A stretch of 64,000 bases of DNA from positions 896,001 to 960,000 of the forward strand of contig JBLWTJ010000001.1 in the NCBI GenBank assembly GCA_048270185.1, in the 5' to 3' direction. Every line of letters starts with the position of its first letter. Within the stretch, counting starts at the first letter, position 1. The notes below the pieces were generated by a model. That model made no database searches and was not told the DNA's origin. It worked only from the letters and a program-made list of their open reading frames with translations. The DNA comes from Bacteriovoracaceae bacterium (GTDB lineage: Bacteria; Bdellovibrionota; Bacteriovoracia; Bacteriovoracales; Bacteriovoracaceae). Shown in pieces: positions 37,009 through 46,609 of this stretch. Position numbers and translations under genes: made by a program.

Positions 37009-38955
37009 ATGAAAAAGTACTTCTTAATTTTACCTCTCTTACTTTCTATTTATAGTTGTAAGGAGCAAACTCAAGTTAAGCTTCGAATCATTGAGACAAC
37101 TGATCTTCATGGTTACTACAAAGATTATGACTACTATCAAAATCAAGAGAGTAAGAAGTTTGGACTCGTAAAAACGGCCACACTTGTTAAGAAGTACGCT
37201 AATAGCGCTGATAATTATACTCTAATTGATAACGGAGACCTCCTACAAGGTAATCCAATGGCAGACTTTGTGGCCACTCATGGAAAAGATGGTATTCACC
37301 CGGCCTATAAGTTAATGAATCACTTGAAATATGATGTTGGGAATATAGGAAATCACGAATTCAACTACGGACTAGACTTCCTAAAAGAATCACTAGCTGA
37401 TGCAAAATTTCCATATATTAGTGCTAACGTCTTTCACGACGAAGGCGGAAAACCAGGTAAGCCTTACTTTAAACAATATGTGATTATTGAAAAGAAAGTG
37501 AAGGATACAAAGGGTAAAGAGCACAAACTTAAAATTGGTTACATCGGCTTTGTTCCTCCGCAAATTATGAAGTGGGATAAAGTTAATTTAACGGGAAAAG
37601 TTCTTCCTCGTGATATTGTTGAAGTGGCAAAAGAGCTCACGGTAAAAATGAAAGATGAAGGTGCTGATATTATCATCGCCATTCCCCACTCAGGCATCAG
37701 TACAGATGAATACAAGCTCTACGCCGAAGACTCTGTTTACTACCTTAGCCGCGTACCTTTCATAAATGCTATTGCCTTTGGCCACTCTCATGCCCTATTT
37801 CCTTCAAAAGAATATGACGGACTTAAGGGCGTCAATATTCAAAAAGGGACAATCAATGGCATCCCTGCCGTTATGCCAGGGAAATGGGGATCACACGTAG
37901 GCCTTATTGATTTAAAAATTAACTTCGATGGTAATCGCTGGGAAGTAATCGACGGTCAATCAGAAGTTCACTCAATCTATGACAAGGCTTCTGATACAGC
38001 TGTTAAGCCAGACCTTGAATTAAGTGAAATCATTGAAGCCGATCACCAAAGAACACTAAAACTTGCTAATGAGAAAATTGGATTTTCAAAGCAGAACTTC
38101 TATAGTTACCTTTCACTCATTCAAGACGATGCAGCAACTCAAATTGTATCAAATGCACAAATTGCCTATGTTAAGAATGCAATCCAAGGTGATCCAAATC
38201 TTTCTGATCTGCCAGTTCTTTCGGCCGTCGCACCTTTTAAAGTAGGTGGCCGCAAGAATGATCCAGAAGGATTTACGGTGGTTGAAAAAGGAGACCTCTC
38301 TTTAAGAAATGCAGCAGATCTCTACCTCTACCCTAATACACTCTACGCTCTAAAGATTACAGGTAAAGAGCTTAGGATGTGGCTAGAATGTTCGGCCGGT
38401 CTTTATGCCCATATCGATCCAAATTATGACAAACCACAACCACTAATTAACTGGGGTGGTTTTAGAACTTATAACTTTGATATGATTGATGGTGTGACGT
38501 ATGAAATTGATGTCACAAAGCGAAGACACTTTGACGAGAACTGTAAGGCTTTAAACAAGGACTCATTTAGAATCACAAAATTAAAATATGCCGGTAAAGA
38601 TGTTCTTGATGAGCAACAATTTATTATTGCCACAAATAACTTCCGTGCCACAGGTGAGAAATTTGCAGGGACAAAGAAGGAAAATGTTGTCTTTGCAGCT
38701 CCCGATACAAATCGCCAAGTTCTCATTAACTTTATTCGAAATGAAACAAAGAAGAATGGTTTTGTTGAAGCTGAACCAAATGGAAATTGGAAAATTAAGA
38801 GTGTTCCTAATGCACAAAATTTAAAAGTATACTTTGAGACTTCTCCTTCAAAGAAGGCCAACCTCTATATTAAAAGGAAGTCGAATTATCCTCTTCAAAA
38901 ACTTCCTAAGCTTGATGACGAAGGTTTCGCACGCTATCAAATCATCCTAAAATAA
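37009..38955 (+). CDS. cpdB: 2',3'-cyclic-nucleotide 2'-phosphodiesterase/3'-nucleotidase
   Basis: TTDLHG, DNGDLLQG, GNHEFNYG, GHSH, LYLYPNT and YNFD. Confidence 0.92.
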   Translation: MKKYFLILPLLLSIYSCKEQTQVKLRIIETTDLHGYYKDYDYYQNQESKKFGLVKTATLVKKYANSADNYTLIDNGDLLQGNPMADFVATHGKDGIHPAYKLMNHLKYDVGNIGNHEFNYGLDFLKESLADAKFPYISANVFHDEGGKPGKPYFKQYVIIEKKVKDTKGKEHKLKIGYIGFVPPQIMKWDKVNLTGKVLPRDIVEVAKELTVKMKDEGADIIIAIPHSGISTDEYKLYAEDSVYYLSRVPFINAIAFGHSHALFPSKEYDGLKGVNIQKGTINGIPAVMPGKWGSHVGLIDLKINFDGNRWEVIDGQSEVHSIYDKASDTAVKPDLELSEIIEADHQRTLKLANEKIGFSKQNFYSYLSLIQDDAATQIVSNAQIAYVKNAIQGDPNLSDLPVLSAVAPFKVGGRKNDPEGFTVVEKGDLSLRNAADLYLYPNTLYALKITGKELRMWLECSAGLYAHIDPNYDKPQPLINWGGFRTYNFDMIDGVTYEIDVTKRRHFDENCKALNKDSFRITKLKYAGKDVLDEQQFIIATNNFRATGEKFAGTKKENVVFAAPDTNRQVLINFIRNETKKNGFVEAEPNGNWKIKSVPNAQNLKVYFETSPSKKANLYIKRKSNYPLQKLPKLDDEGFARYQIILK

Positions 38956-38973
38956 CTCTCAAATATATCTCAT

Positions 38974-39005
38974 TTAAGGCGTAAGTTACTAAATTTACGC
39001 CTTAA
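38974..39005 (+). terminator. Terminator-like hairpin
   Basis: TTAAGGCGTAA / TTACGCCTTAA inverted repeat after cpdB. Confidence 0.6.
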
Positions 39006-39108
39006 CACATTAATAATATGACATTTTAATCAATCGAGGATAATATCTAAGGTCCGAGAATGAAGCGCATCGAGCGCGACTCTCGTCTAATTAATAAAAG
39101 GAATTTAT

Positions 39109-40485
39109 ATGTCAGTTTACGTCAATAGAACACTTAATATGAAGAAGATCAAGGCCATTGGCTTTGATATGGACTACACGCTTGTTCGTTATAATACAGA
39201 AGCATTTGAAAAATTCGTTTTCGAATTAGTCCTAAAGAAACTTGTGGAAGTTAAAGATTACCCAAAAGAAGTAATGGATTTAAAATTTGATTTTAATCAA
39301 GTGATTCAAGGTCTTATTATCGATCGACTTCGTGGAAATATTCTACAAACAAATCGCTATGGAAAAGTAAAAATTGCAAAGCACGGTACAAAGCCAATGG
39401 ACTTTCATGATCAAAATGAAATCTATGGAAATAGTATTATCGATTTAAATTCAGATCAGTATCAGTCTCTTGATACTAACTTCTCGATTTCAAATGGAGC
39501 GATGTTTGCAAATCTCGTTGATCTTAAAGACCAAGGATTTAAACTTCCAGATTACGAAACGCTTTCACACGATATCAAAGAAGTTATCGATATCGCCCAC
39601 TCTGATAATTCACTTAAAGGTTATGTTGAAAATCACCTTGAAGACTTTATTATCAAAGACCCTGAAGTTGCAAAACTACTAGAGCGCTTTAAGCGTTTTG
39701 GTAAGAAGCTAATTCTTATCACAAATAGTGAATGGACTTGGACAAAGAGATTGATGGAATACACAATCAATCCATTTCTAAAAGAGCACGAGACATGGAC
39801 AGATCTATTTGATATTTCAATCTGTCTTGCTTGTAAGCCGCGTTTCTTTAACGTTAGTAATATGTTTCTTGAAATTCAGCAAGAAACTGGGCTTATGACA
39901 AATGCAGAGGGAAAGCTTGAGCCAAATAAAGTTTACCAAGGTGGATGGGCCGGAAAACTTCAAAAAGATTTAGGTCTTAACGGAGAAGAAATTTTATATC
40001 TTGGTGACCATATTTACGGTGACGTTCTAACTTTAAAGAAAACATTTAACTGGAGAACGGCCCTTATTCTTGACCCTCTTGAAGCTGAGATTGCGGCCAT
40101 CAAAAAGTCGACACCAACACAGACTTTAATTGACCAGGAAATGCAAAAGAAAGAAGAACTTGAGCATGAGCTTAATAAGCTTGAACTTCTAAAACATGAA
40201 GATCCTGAAAAGTATAATAAAGAAGATATTGGAAAGATCTTTAGTGAAATTGATAAAATTAACTCAAGGATTTCTCAGCATCTTGAAACTTACCGTCAAT
40301 TCTTTAATCCACACTGGGGAGAAATGATGAGAGCAGGCCTTGAAGAGTCTCGCTTTGCTGATCAAGTTGAAAAGTACGCATGTTTCTATATGGCAAAGAT
40401 TACAGATCTTCTTGAATATACTCCGCGTACTTACTTTAGACCTAAGAAGAGAATCCTAGCTCACGAGGACTCAACTCTACTCTAA
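39109..40485 (+). CDS. HAD-IG family 5'-nucleotidase (cN-II-like)
   Basis: GFDMDYTL, LITNS, KPRFF and YLGDHIYGD. Confidence 0.92.
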   Translation: MSVYVNRTLNMKKIKAIGFDMDYTLVRYNTEAFEKFVFELVLKKLVEVKDYPKEVMDLKFDFNQVIQGLIIDRLRGNILQTNRYGKVKIAKHGTKPMDFHDQNEIYGNSIIDLNSDQYQSLDTNFSISNGAMFANLVDLKDQGFKLPDYETLSHDIKEVIDIAHSDNSLKGYVENHLEDFIIKDPEVAKLLERFKRFGKKLILITNSEWTWTKRLMEYTINPFLKEHETWTDLFDISICLACKPRFFNVSNMFLEIQQETGLMTNAEGKLEPNKVYQGGWAGKLQKDLGLNGEEILYLGDHIYGDVLTLKKTFNWRTALILDPLEAEIAAIKKSTPTQTLIDQEMQKKEELEHELNKLELLKHEDPEKYNKEDIGKIFSEIDKINSRISQHLETYRQFFNPHWGEMMRAGLEESRFADQVEKYACFYMAKITDLLEYTPRTYFRPKKRILAHEDSTLL

Positions 40486-41450
40486 GGCTTAAACTGAGAA
40501 TTAACAAATTGACGAAAGACTTTGTAAACTTCGTCACCATATCCCCCGGCCATAACCCACGCCTGGGGGATACCTCTCTTCTTAAGTAACTCGTAAGTAT
40601 ATAGATCTCGCTTTAGACAATCTTCTAAACTTAATTGAATCCCTTTTGCACTTTCTAAAATATCATCAACGTAGACATCGGCCCCTTGAACGACCATACA
40701 TAGGTCATAGTCATCATTGAGATATTCTTCAATACGGCCTTGCTCTTTCAGATAGTCGTCACTTGGTAAGACAGGAATATCATAAGTACTAGGAGTAAAA
40801 CTTGAATTTGTTTTATCAGGATTGTCCAGCGGCCAACCTTCTTTCATGTGAATTGAAATACAGTCAATCGAATCATCATCTTTTAAAATTTCCGCAGTCC
40901 CGTCACCTTTATGGGCATCAGTATCAATCACAAGGGCCCTTTTAATCTTACCGTCCTTTTGTAACTTTCTAATGGCGATGACCATATCATTAAAGAGACA
41001 AAACCCCCCTGGCCCATCACTCTTTGCATGGTGCATGCCTCCACCTAAGTGATAGCTAAAGCCAGATTCAAGAGCATTACAAGCTGCCAAATATGTTCCT
41101 TCACAGTGACCAAGGGCGCGTTGGATAAAATCACTAAGAGGTTTTGTGGCACTATCGGGATCATAGCGATGATAGCTGCCATCTTCATTGATAAGCTCAT
41201 ATGCTTTAAGAACGACACTCTGAGGATCTTTTTTACAACTTTCCACAAATTCAGGAGTGTGTGCAAGAAGAAGCTCATCAAGAGTAAAATTTGTAAGTTT
41301 TGAATTTACGAGGAATTTTGAATTCTTATAATCACTTAGAATTTTCGTCACTCGCTCGTCTCTAAGAGGCACGCCAATGCCGTATTCAAGATAACTCCCG
41401 AGAGAGTCTTTCATAAAATACATTCTGCTCTTTGATTGATCATACTTCAT
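40482..41450 (-). CDS. Histone deacetylase family protein
   Basis: GGGMHHA, GGFCLFND, DTDAHKGDGT, GAD and AGGY. Confidence 0.9.
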   Translation of the reverse strand: MKYDQSKSRMYFMKDSLGSYLEYGIGVPLRDERVTKILSDYKNSKFLVNSKLTNFTLDELLLAHTPEFVESCKKDPQSVVLKAYELINEDGSYHRYDPDSATKPLSDFIQRALGHCEGTYLAACNALESGFSYHLGGGMHHAKSDGPGGFCLFNDMVIAIRKLQKDGKIKRALVIDTDAHKGDGTAEILKDDDSIDCISIHMKEGWPLDNPDKTNSSFTPSTYDIPVLPSDDYLKEQGRIEEYLNDDYDLCMVVQGADVYVDDILESAKGIQLSLEDCLKRDLYTYELLKKRGIPQAWVMAGGYGDEVYKVFRQFVNSQFKP

Positions 41451-41580
41451 CTAATACCTCTTAAATCGATTATATTTAAAGATAACTTGTCAGTTCGTTC
41501 TAATATTATATATTTATACCTTAAATCCTCTTGTAAATCTTACAATATTAGCGTTTGCTGGACCCGTTCTGCTATATTAG

Positions 41581-41672
41581 GGTGCCATGCTCCTTTGGTT
41601 TCGCATCTGCTAAACAAAGGCCTAAGCATAGGTAAAGATTTAGCAGATGCGAAACCAAAGGAGCATGGCACC
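41581..41672. repeat. Perfect 34-bp inverted repeat covering the RBS of the saccharopine dehydrogenase gene
   Basis: 41581-41614 is the exact reverse complement of 41639-41672, with a 24-nt spacer. Confidence 0.95.
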
Positions 41673-41673
41673 A

Positions 41674-42786
41674 ATGAGAACACTCTGGCTTAGACATGAA
41701 ACGAAACCATTCGAAGAGCGCTGTGCTTTAACGCCACAGTCTGCTGAAATTCTAAGAAGCCTGGGTCACGAAGTCATTATTGAACGCTCTCCAACTCGTA
41801 TCTTTAAAGATGAGGAATATGAGGCCCTCGGCTTAAAAATGATGCCGGCCAACTCGTGGATTAATTTTGCTCCTTCAAATGCCTATATTCTAGGCCTGAA
41901 AGAGCTTGATGATGAAGATTTTGCCCTCACTCATCGCCATATTCACTTTGCCCATGTCTATAAGAACCAAAACGGTTCACAAAAGATGCTTGATCGCTTC
42001 TTTCAAGGAGATGGGAAACTCTTTGATCTTGAATACCTAACAGATACTAATGGCAAGCGTATAGCGGCCTTTGGTAAATGGGCCGGATTTGTTGGTGCAG
42101 CTATTGGCCTTAAGAATTGGATTTGCCAACAACGTGGAGAGGACTTCAATAAGTATGGACCTCTAAAGTCTTACCCAACTCAATTTGAGCTTGTAAATGA
42201 AGTTTCAAAGGAGTTAACTGCATTAGGTAAGAAGCCAAGAGTTCTTGTTATTGGTCACCGTGGACGATGTGGACAAGGTGCCAAAGAATTTTTATCTCTA
42301 GTTGGAGTAGAAACGACAGCTTGGGGACGCCAAGAAACAAGTGTAGAAAGACCAATTCGTGCGATTCTTGACTTTGATATTCTTGTTAATTGTACTCTTA
42401 ATACAAAGAAGGCCCAACCTTTCTTGAATTTGGAAATCTTAGAGGAAGAAAGAAACCTAAGTGTTATCTCTGATGTTAGTTGTGATCCGACTGGCCCTTG
42501 TAACCCTCTACCGATCTATCCAGATATTACAACAATTGATACTCCAACAATTAAAGTTGCAACTTCTAATCTCTTAGAAGTAACGGCTATCGATCACTTA
42601 CCATCTCTGCTTCCAAGAGAAAGTACACAAGAGTATGTGGAACAACTTCTGCCTCATCTTATCAATTTACTTGATGGAAGAATTGAAAACTCTCCATGGG
42701 AGAGATCACTTGAGTGGTTTTATCGCAAGACATTTGAATTAGGACTAGAGAAGAGACCTGTCGATGAATCGACACTTCTTATGTAA
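41674..42786 (+). CDS. Saccharopine dehydrogenase (NAD+, L-lysine-forming), LYS1-type
   Basis: LWLRHETKPFEERCALTP, LGLKEL, HIHFAHVYKNQ, FDLEYL, GRCGQGA, DVSCDPT and IDHLPSLLPRES. Confidence 0.88.
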   Translation: MRTLWLRHETKPFEERCALTPQSAEILRSLGHEVIIERSPTRIFKDEEYEALGLKMMPANSWINFAPSNAYILGLKELDDEDFALTHRHIHFAHVYKNQNGSQKMLDRFFQGDGKLFDLEYLTDTNGKRIAAFGKWAGFVGAAIGLKNWICQQRGEDFNKYGPLKSYPTQFELVNEVSKELTALGKKPRVLVIGHRGRCGQGAKEFLSLVGVETTAWGRQETSVERPIRAILDFDILVNCTLNTKKAQPFLNLEILEEERNLSVISDVSCDPTGPCNPLPIYPDITTIDTPTIKVATSNLLEVTAIDHLPSLLPRESTQEYVEQLLPHLINLLDGRIENSPWERSLEWFYRKTFELGLEKRPVDESTLLM

Positions 42787-43592
42787 TCTAAGATTTCTTT
42801 GACTTCATCGTAATCTTTAAAGTTTTGATATTTCTCGTAACCACGTAGTAGGTATTCGGATTTCTTTGTGCAGATTTTGCAAAGACTCTCTAAGCGTTCT
42901 TGGTTTAATCTGCGATTCTTAGCAATCCAGGCCATGCTCTTTACTCTCCAGTAATCCATCGCAAAGAACTTAAACGAGAGTTGATCATCGTGTCCGCCAT
43001 TTTTGATAATCAGCTCCTCTTCGATAAAATCAATTTCATAAAGTGAAGTAAGTTTTAGCCAAAAATCATAGTCTTCACAAACCACAAAGTCTTCGCGCAT
43101 TCCTTCCAATTCTCGATAGAGGGATTTCTCCATAAGAGAAGTTGAAGGTGAGATAACACAATTAGCGAGGCTTCGAATAAACATGTCACCACCGTGCTTT
43201 TGATGAGATTTCTTTTGTTTGACGACTTCACCATCTCTCATCCATTTTTCGGCGGTATGAATAAAGCGACTACGAGACTGACTAATTTTAGAAATTTGCT
43301 TTTCTAATTTCGAAGGTAACCATTCATCATCAGAGTCTAAGAAAGCAATGTAGTCATAATTTGCATTTTCAACACCAGTATTTCTAGCACTCGATACCCC
43401 AGCATTATCTTGATAGATATAAGTCAGTCGTGAATCATTAAATGACTGTACGATTTCTTCAGTCTCATCTGTTGATCCATCATCAACAATTATTACTTCT
43501 AATTCTTTTAAGCTTTGATTTAAAACGGAATTAATAGCACGCCCTATAAAGCGTGCTCGATTAAATGTAGGAATGATAACACTTGCAACCAC
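42720..43592 (-). CDS. Glycosyltransferase family 2
   Basis: SVIIPTFNR, VDDGSTD, FLDSDD and EDYDFW. Confidence 0.9.
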   Translation of the reverse strand: MVASVIIPTFNRARFIGRAINSVLNQSLKELEVIIVDDGSTDETEEIVQSFNDSRLTYIYQDNAGVSSARNTGVENANYDYIAFLDSDDEWLPSKLEKQISKISQSRSRFIHTAEKWMRDGEVVKQKKSHQKHGGDMFIRSLANCVISPSTSLMEKSLYRELEGMREDFVVCEDYDFWLKLTSLYEIDFIEEELIIKNGGHDDQLSFKFFAMDYWRVKSMAWIAKNRRLNQERLESLCKICTKKSEYLLRGYEKYQNFKDYDEVKEILDYIRSVDSSTGLFSSPNSNVLR

Positions 43593-44515
43593 TAGCTTAC
43601 ACTTTTGATAATCTCGGCCAGCATCTCAGGTGTTACTTTCTTCTCCAGAGAATTAAGCACTCCATCAAGTTGTGCCATATTTCTAGCGCCACAAAGAACA
43701 GTGCTTAGTTCATCATGAGAAAGATTAAAATGTATTGCAAAGTCGAGCCCTGTTAGCCCCTGCTCTTTTAATGCCGGTTGCATACGCTCAACAATATCGT
43801 AGCGAGATTCTTTATCCATGGCCTTCCACCAAGGGGCCCATGAACGACAATCTGACTTATCAAATTTACGATCACGATTGACTCGTCCAGTAAGAATTCC
43901 CTTATCAAGAGTTCCCCAACTCATTAGGCTTAGATCTTGATCTTTGATTATTGGGAATAAGTCTTTTTTAATATCTTGTTCAAAGAAGTTAAATTGTGAC
44001 TGTAGAACTTCAACACGGTCAACTTCACTTGCTTTAACAAATTCATCTTCATTTGTATTACAAAGTCCGATATGCTTAATTTTTCCTTCAAGTTTAGCCT
44101 TTGCTAAGACTTCCATTGTGTCACGAATATCAACATTTTCATCAGGCCAGTGAACCATATAGAGATCGATATAATCAGTTTGTAGATCTCTTAATGATTG
44201 CTCAATCATTTTACGAGTAATGACTGGATCATTTGTCATATCAACGCGTTTATTTTCATGCCAAGTCACTCCTGACTTTGAAACAATAAATACTTTCTCG
44301 CGATTATTTTTGAAGGCCTTACCAATTCTCTTTTCACTTTCACCAAATCCATAGATCGGCGCCGTATCAAAAATTTTGACTCCGCGATCAAAGGCGTATT
44401 CAAGAAGCGAGATTGCATCTGCTTCTGAAATATCACCAAACCCATAACCTGCGCCCTCGCCTGAGATACTTGCGCCACCAAATGCAAAATTTCCATACTG
44501 ATCTAATATTTTCAT
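43592..44515 (-). CDS. Aldo/keto reductase
   Basis: FDTAPIYG, SK, DYIDLYMVHWPD and IGLCN. Confidence 0.9.
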   Translation of the reverse strand: MKILDQYGNFAFGGASISGEGAGYGFGDISEADAISLLEYAFDRGVKIFDTAPIYGFGESEKRIGKAFKNNREKVFIVSKSGVTWHENKRVDMTNDPVITRKMIEQSLRDLQTDYIDLYMVHWPDENVDIRDTMEVLAKAKLEGKIKHIGLCNTNEDEFVKASEVDRVEVLQSQFNFFEQDIKKDLFPIIKDQDLSLMSWGTLDKGILTGRVNRDRKFDKSDCRSWAPWWKAMDKESRYDIVERMQPALKEQGLTGLDFAIHFNLSHDELSTVLCGARNMAQLDGVLNSLEKKVTPEMLAEIIKSVS

Positions 44516-44589
44516 ATTTAATGTCTATCCAGTTAGCCTCAATGCGTAAAGACTTGACGCACCGTCAGGATAAGCGTTATTTCTGGGAT

Positions 44590-45606
44590 ATGGAATTACT
44601 AGTATTTGCACACCGCGGCGAGGCCCAAAGCTTTCTTAAAGAGTTAAGTTTTAAGTCACACCCGCAATTCAATGATCTCTACCTTGGTAGTGAAGCTGCT
44701 CTCATAATTACAGGTGAAGGATACTTTAATGTTATCACTTCCCTATCCAGAGCTCTTGGAATTTTAGGTGATGAAATATCAAGTATAGTGAATCTTGGAA
44801 TATGTGCGGCCTTTGATGAAGGTATCGAAGCTGGAGAAGTTCATCCTATACGAACAATCTATGGCCAAGATGAGTTCAAAAGCTTTCAAACACAAAATAC
44901 TCAAGCAAGACTTGATATTATCACGGCCAAAGAACGCGTCTTAAATCTTGAGCTAGCACAAAACCTAAAGTGCTTTGCACCTCTAGCTGACCGTGAAGCA
45001 TGGGCCGTAGGTTTCGTTGCCAAACAAGCAGGCCTTCCCATTTATTGTTATAAACTAATTTCAGACCATGTCAGTGATGCTCCAATTTGTGAATATATTA
45101 AAGAACTGGCCCTTGATTACTCTAGTGATCTTCTGCGCTTTTATTTAAATTTATCAAATCCTAAGCGTGAAGAGGCCATTGAGAATCCATTTATGTGTGA
45201 TGATAATTTCTACTTCACTGTTTCGATGGAGCGAGAAGTAACAAATCTCATCAAGCAATTATGTGTTAAAAATGAGTGGAGATTTGAAGAGATTCTTAAT
45301 CACACTGAAGTTGAAAAGCTTAGAGACTTAGAGACAACACCTAAGAAGAGGGCCCAGGGCCTAAGAGATCTTTTAAAAGAGATGCTCTACCCGACTCGAA
45401 CTAAAATTATTCAGCAGTTAAATGACTTTTTAAATGAAAGTGGTTTTCGAAATGGTGAACTTGCCTTTGACCCATCACTTGAAAAAGTTAACTTAAATTT
45501 GAAGTCAGTTATTAAAGACGAAAAGCAATTACTTCATTTAAGCACCAGACTTTCAAAAATTGATTGGAAGAGATTTGAAGCAATTATGAATGGAGAGCTT
45601 CTTTGA
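44590..45606 (+). CDS. Nucleoside phosphorylase/MTAN-fold protein with C-terminal extension
   Basis: VFAHRGEA, ITGEG, VNLGIC, DREA and KLISD. Confidence 0.6.
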   Translation: MELLVFAHRGEAQSFLKELSFKSHPQFNDLYLGSEAALIITGEGYFNVITSLSRALGILGDEISSIVNLGICAAFDEGIEAGEVHPIRTIYGQDEFKSFQTQNTQARLDIITAKERVLNLELAQNLKCFAPLADREAWAVGFVAKQAGLPIYCYKLISDHVSDAPICEYIKELALDYSSDLLRFYLNLSNPKREEAIENPFMCDDNFYFTVSMEREVTNLIKQLCVKNEWRFEEILNHTEVEKLRDLETTPKKRAQGLRDLLKEMLYPTRTKIIQQLNDFLNESGFRNGELAFDPSLEKVNLNLKSVIKDEKQLLHLSTRLSKIDWKRFEAIMNGELL

Positions 45607-46604
45607 AAATTGAAAAAATATTCATTGAAGATGAGGCTAAGAATAGTCCTCAGGCGCTTTCAATCCCAGCGCGTTTTCCAAAGGCACAAGTACAGGTCAT
45701 TAAAGATCATGCTCAAGTCTGGGGGCGAGTTAAGAAGCCATATCTACAAAAGAGGGATTCTCTAAATCTCTTTATTGCCCATAAGAAAGGTACTCTTGTT
45801 AAGCAAGCACCTGATGCCTATGGGCTCTCAGGAGAGCCTCATTACTATTTCATCCATGCCTATAATTGTATTTACGAATGTGATTATTGCTACCTTCAAG
45901 GTTATTTTAATACTCCCGACTTGGTTCTCTTTGTTAATCACCAAGAAATTATCGAAAGTATGCAAGAGCTAGTGGATAGTAGCACTGGAAATATATGGTT
46001 TCATGCTGGGGAGTTTAGTGATTCATTGGCACTTACTCATCTTACGGGAGAGCTTAATTTCTACCATGAATTTGCAAAGAATAACCCACGTGCCTATATT
46101 GAGCTTCGAACAAAGTCGGCCAATATAAAAGAGCTTTTAAAGCTTAGTCCACTACCTAATTTCATTACTTCTTTCTCATTATCACCAAAAGATAAAGTAA
46201 AGAGTCACGATTTAAAAACACCAAGCCTTGCGGCAAGGCTTAAGGCCATTGAAAAACTCTATCAAGCAGGGCATCCAATTGGCATTCATCTTGACCCAGT
46301 CATTCATAGCGATAATTTCAAAGATGAATACGAAGAGCTCATAGGCGAATTATCCAAAGTCATTCCACTTAATGAAATTGAGTATATTTCGATTGGGGTC
46401 GTGCGCTTCACGAAAGATGTCTACAATCAAGTGAAGATGAATTATCCACAAACGACATACTTTCATTCAGAACTAACTAAAGGTGAAGATGGAAAGATTC
46501 GCTACCCGAGACCGATGCGCTATTGGATACTAGGGACAATTAAAGATATGTGCTTAAAGGCCGGGGCAATTGAAGAGTCAGTTTACCTTTGTATGGAAGA
46601 GTAA
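45603..46604 (+). CDS. Spore photoproduct lyase (SplB)-like radical SAM protein
   Basis: CIYECDYCYLQ, ELRTKS, SFSLSP and GKIRY. Confidence 0.85.
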   Translation: MKIEKIFIEDEAKNSPQALSIPARFPKAQVQVIKDHAQVWGRVKKPYLQKRDSLNLFIAHKKGTLVKQAPDAYGLSGEPHYYFIHAYNCIYECDYCYLQGYFNTPDLVLFVNHQEIIESMQELVDSSTGNIWFHAGEFSDSLALTHLTGELNFYHEFAKNNPRAYIELRTKSANIKELLKLSPLPNFITSFSLSPKDKVKSHDLKTPSLAARLKAIEKLYQAGHPIGIHLDPVIHSDNFKDEYEELIGELSKVIPLNEIEYISIGVVRFTKDVYNQVKMNYPQTTYFHSELTKGEDGKIRYPRPMRYWILGTIKDMCLKAGAIEESVYLCMEE

Positions 46605-46609
46605 ATTCT

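Noticed and set aside
41581..41673. SRP (4.5S) RNA or 6S RNA
   Set aside because: It lacks the SRP CAGG..GNRA..AGCAG motif and is too short and too perfectly paired for 6S.
42720..42786. 67-bp convergent overlap of saccharopine dehydrogenase and GT2
   Set aside because: Short tail-to-tail overlaps are common in this compact genome.
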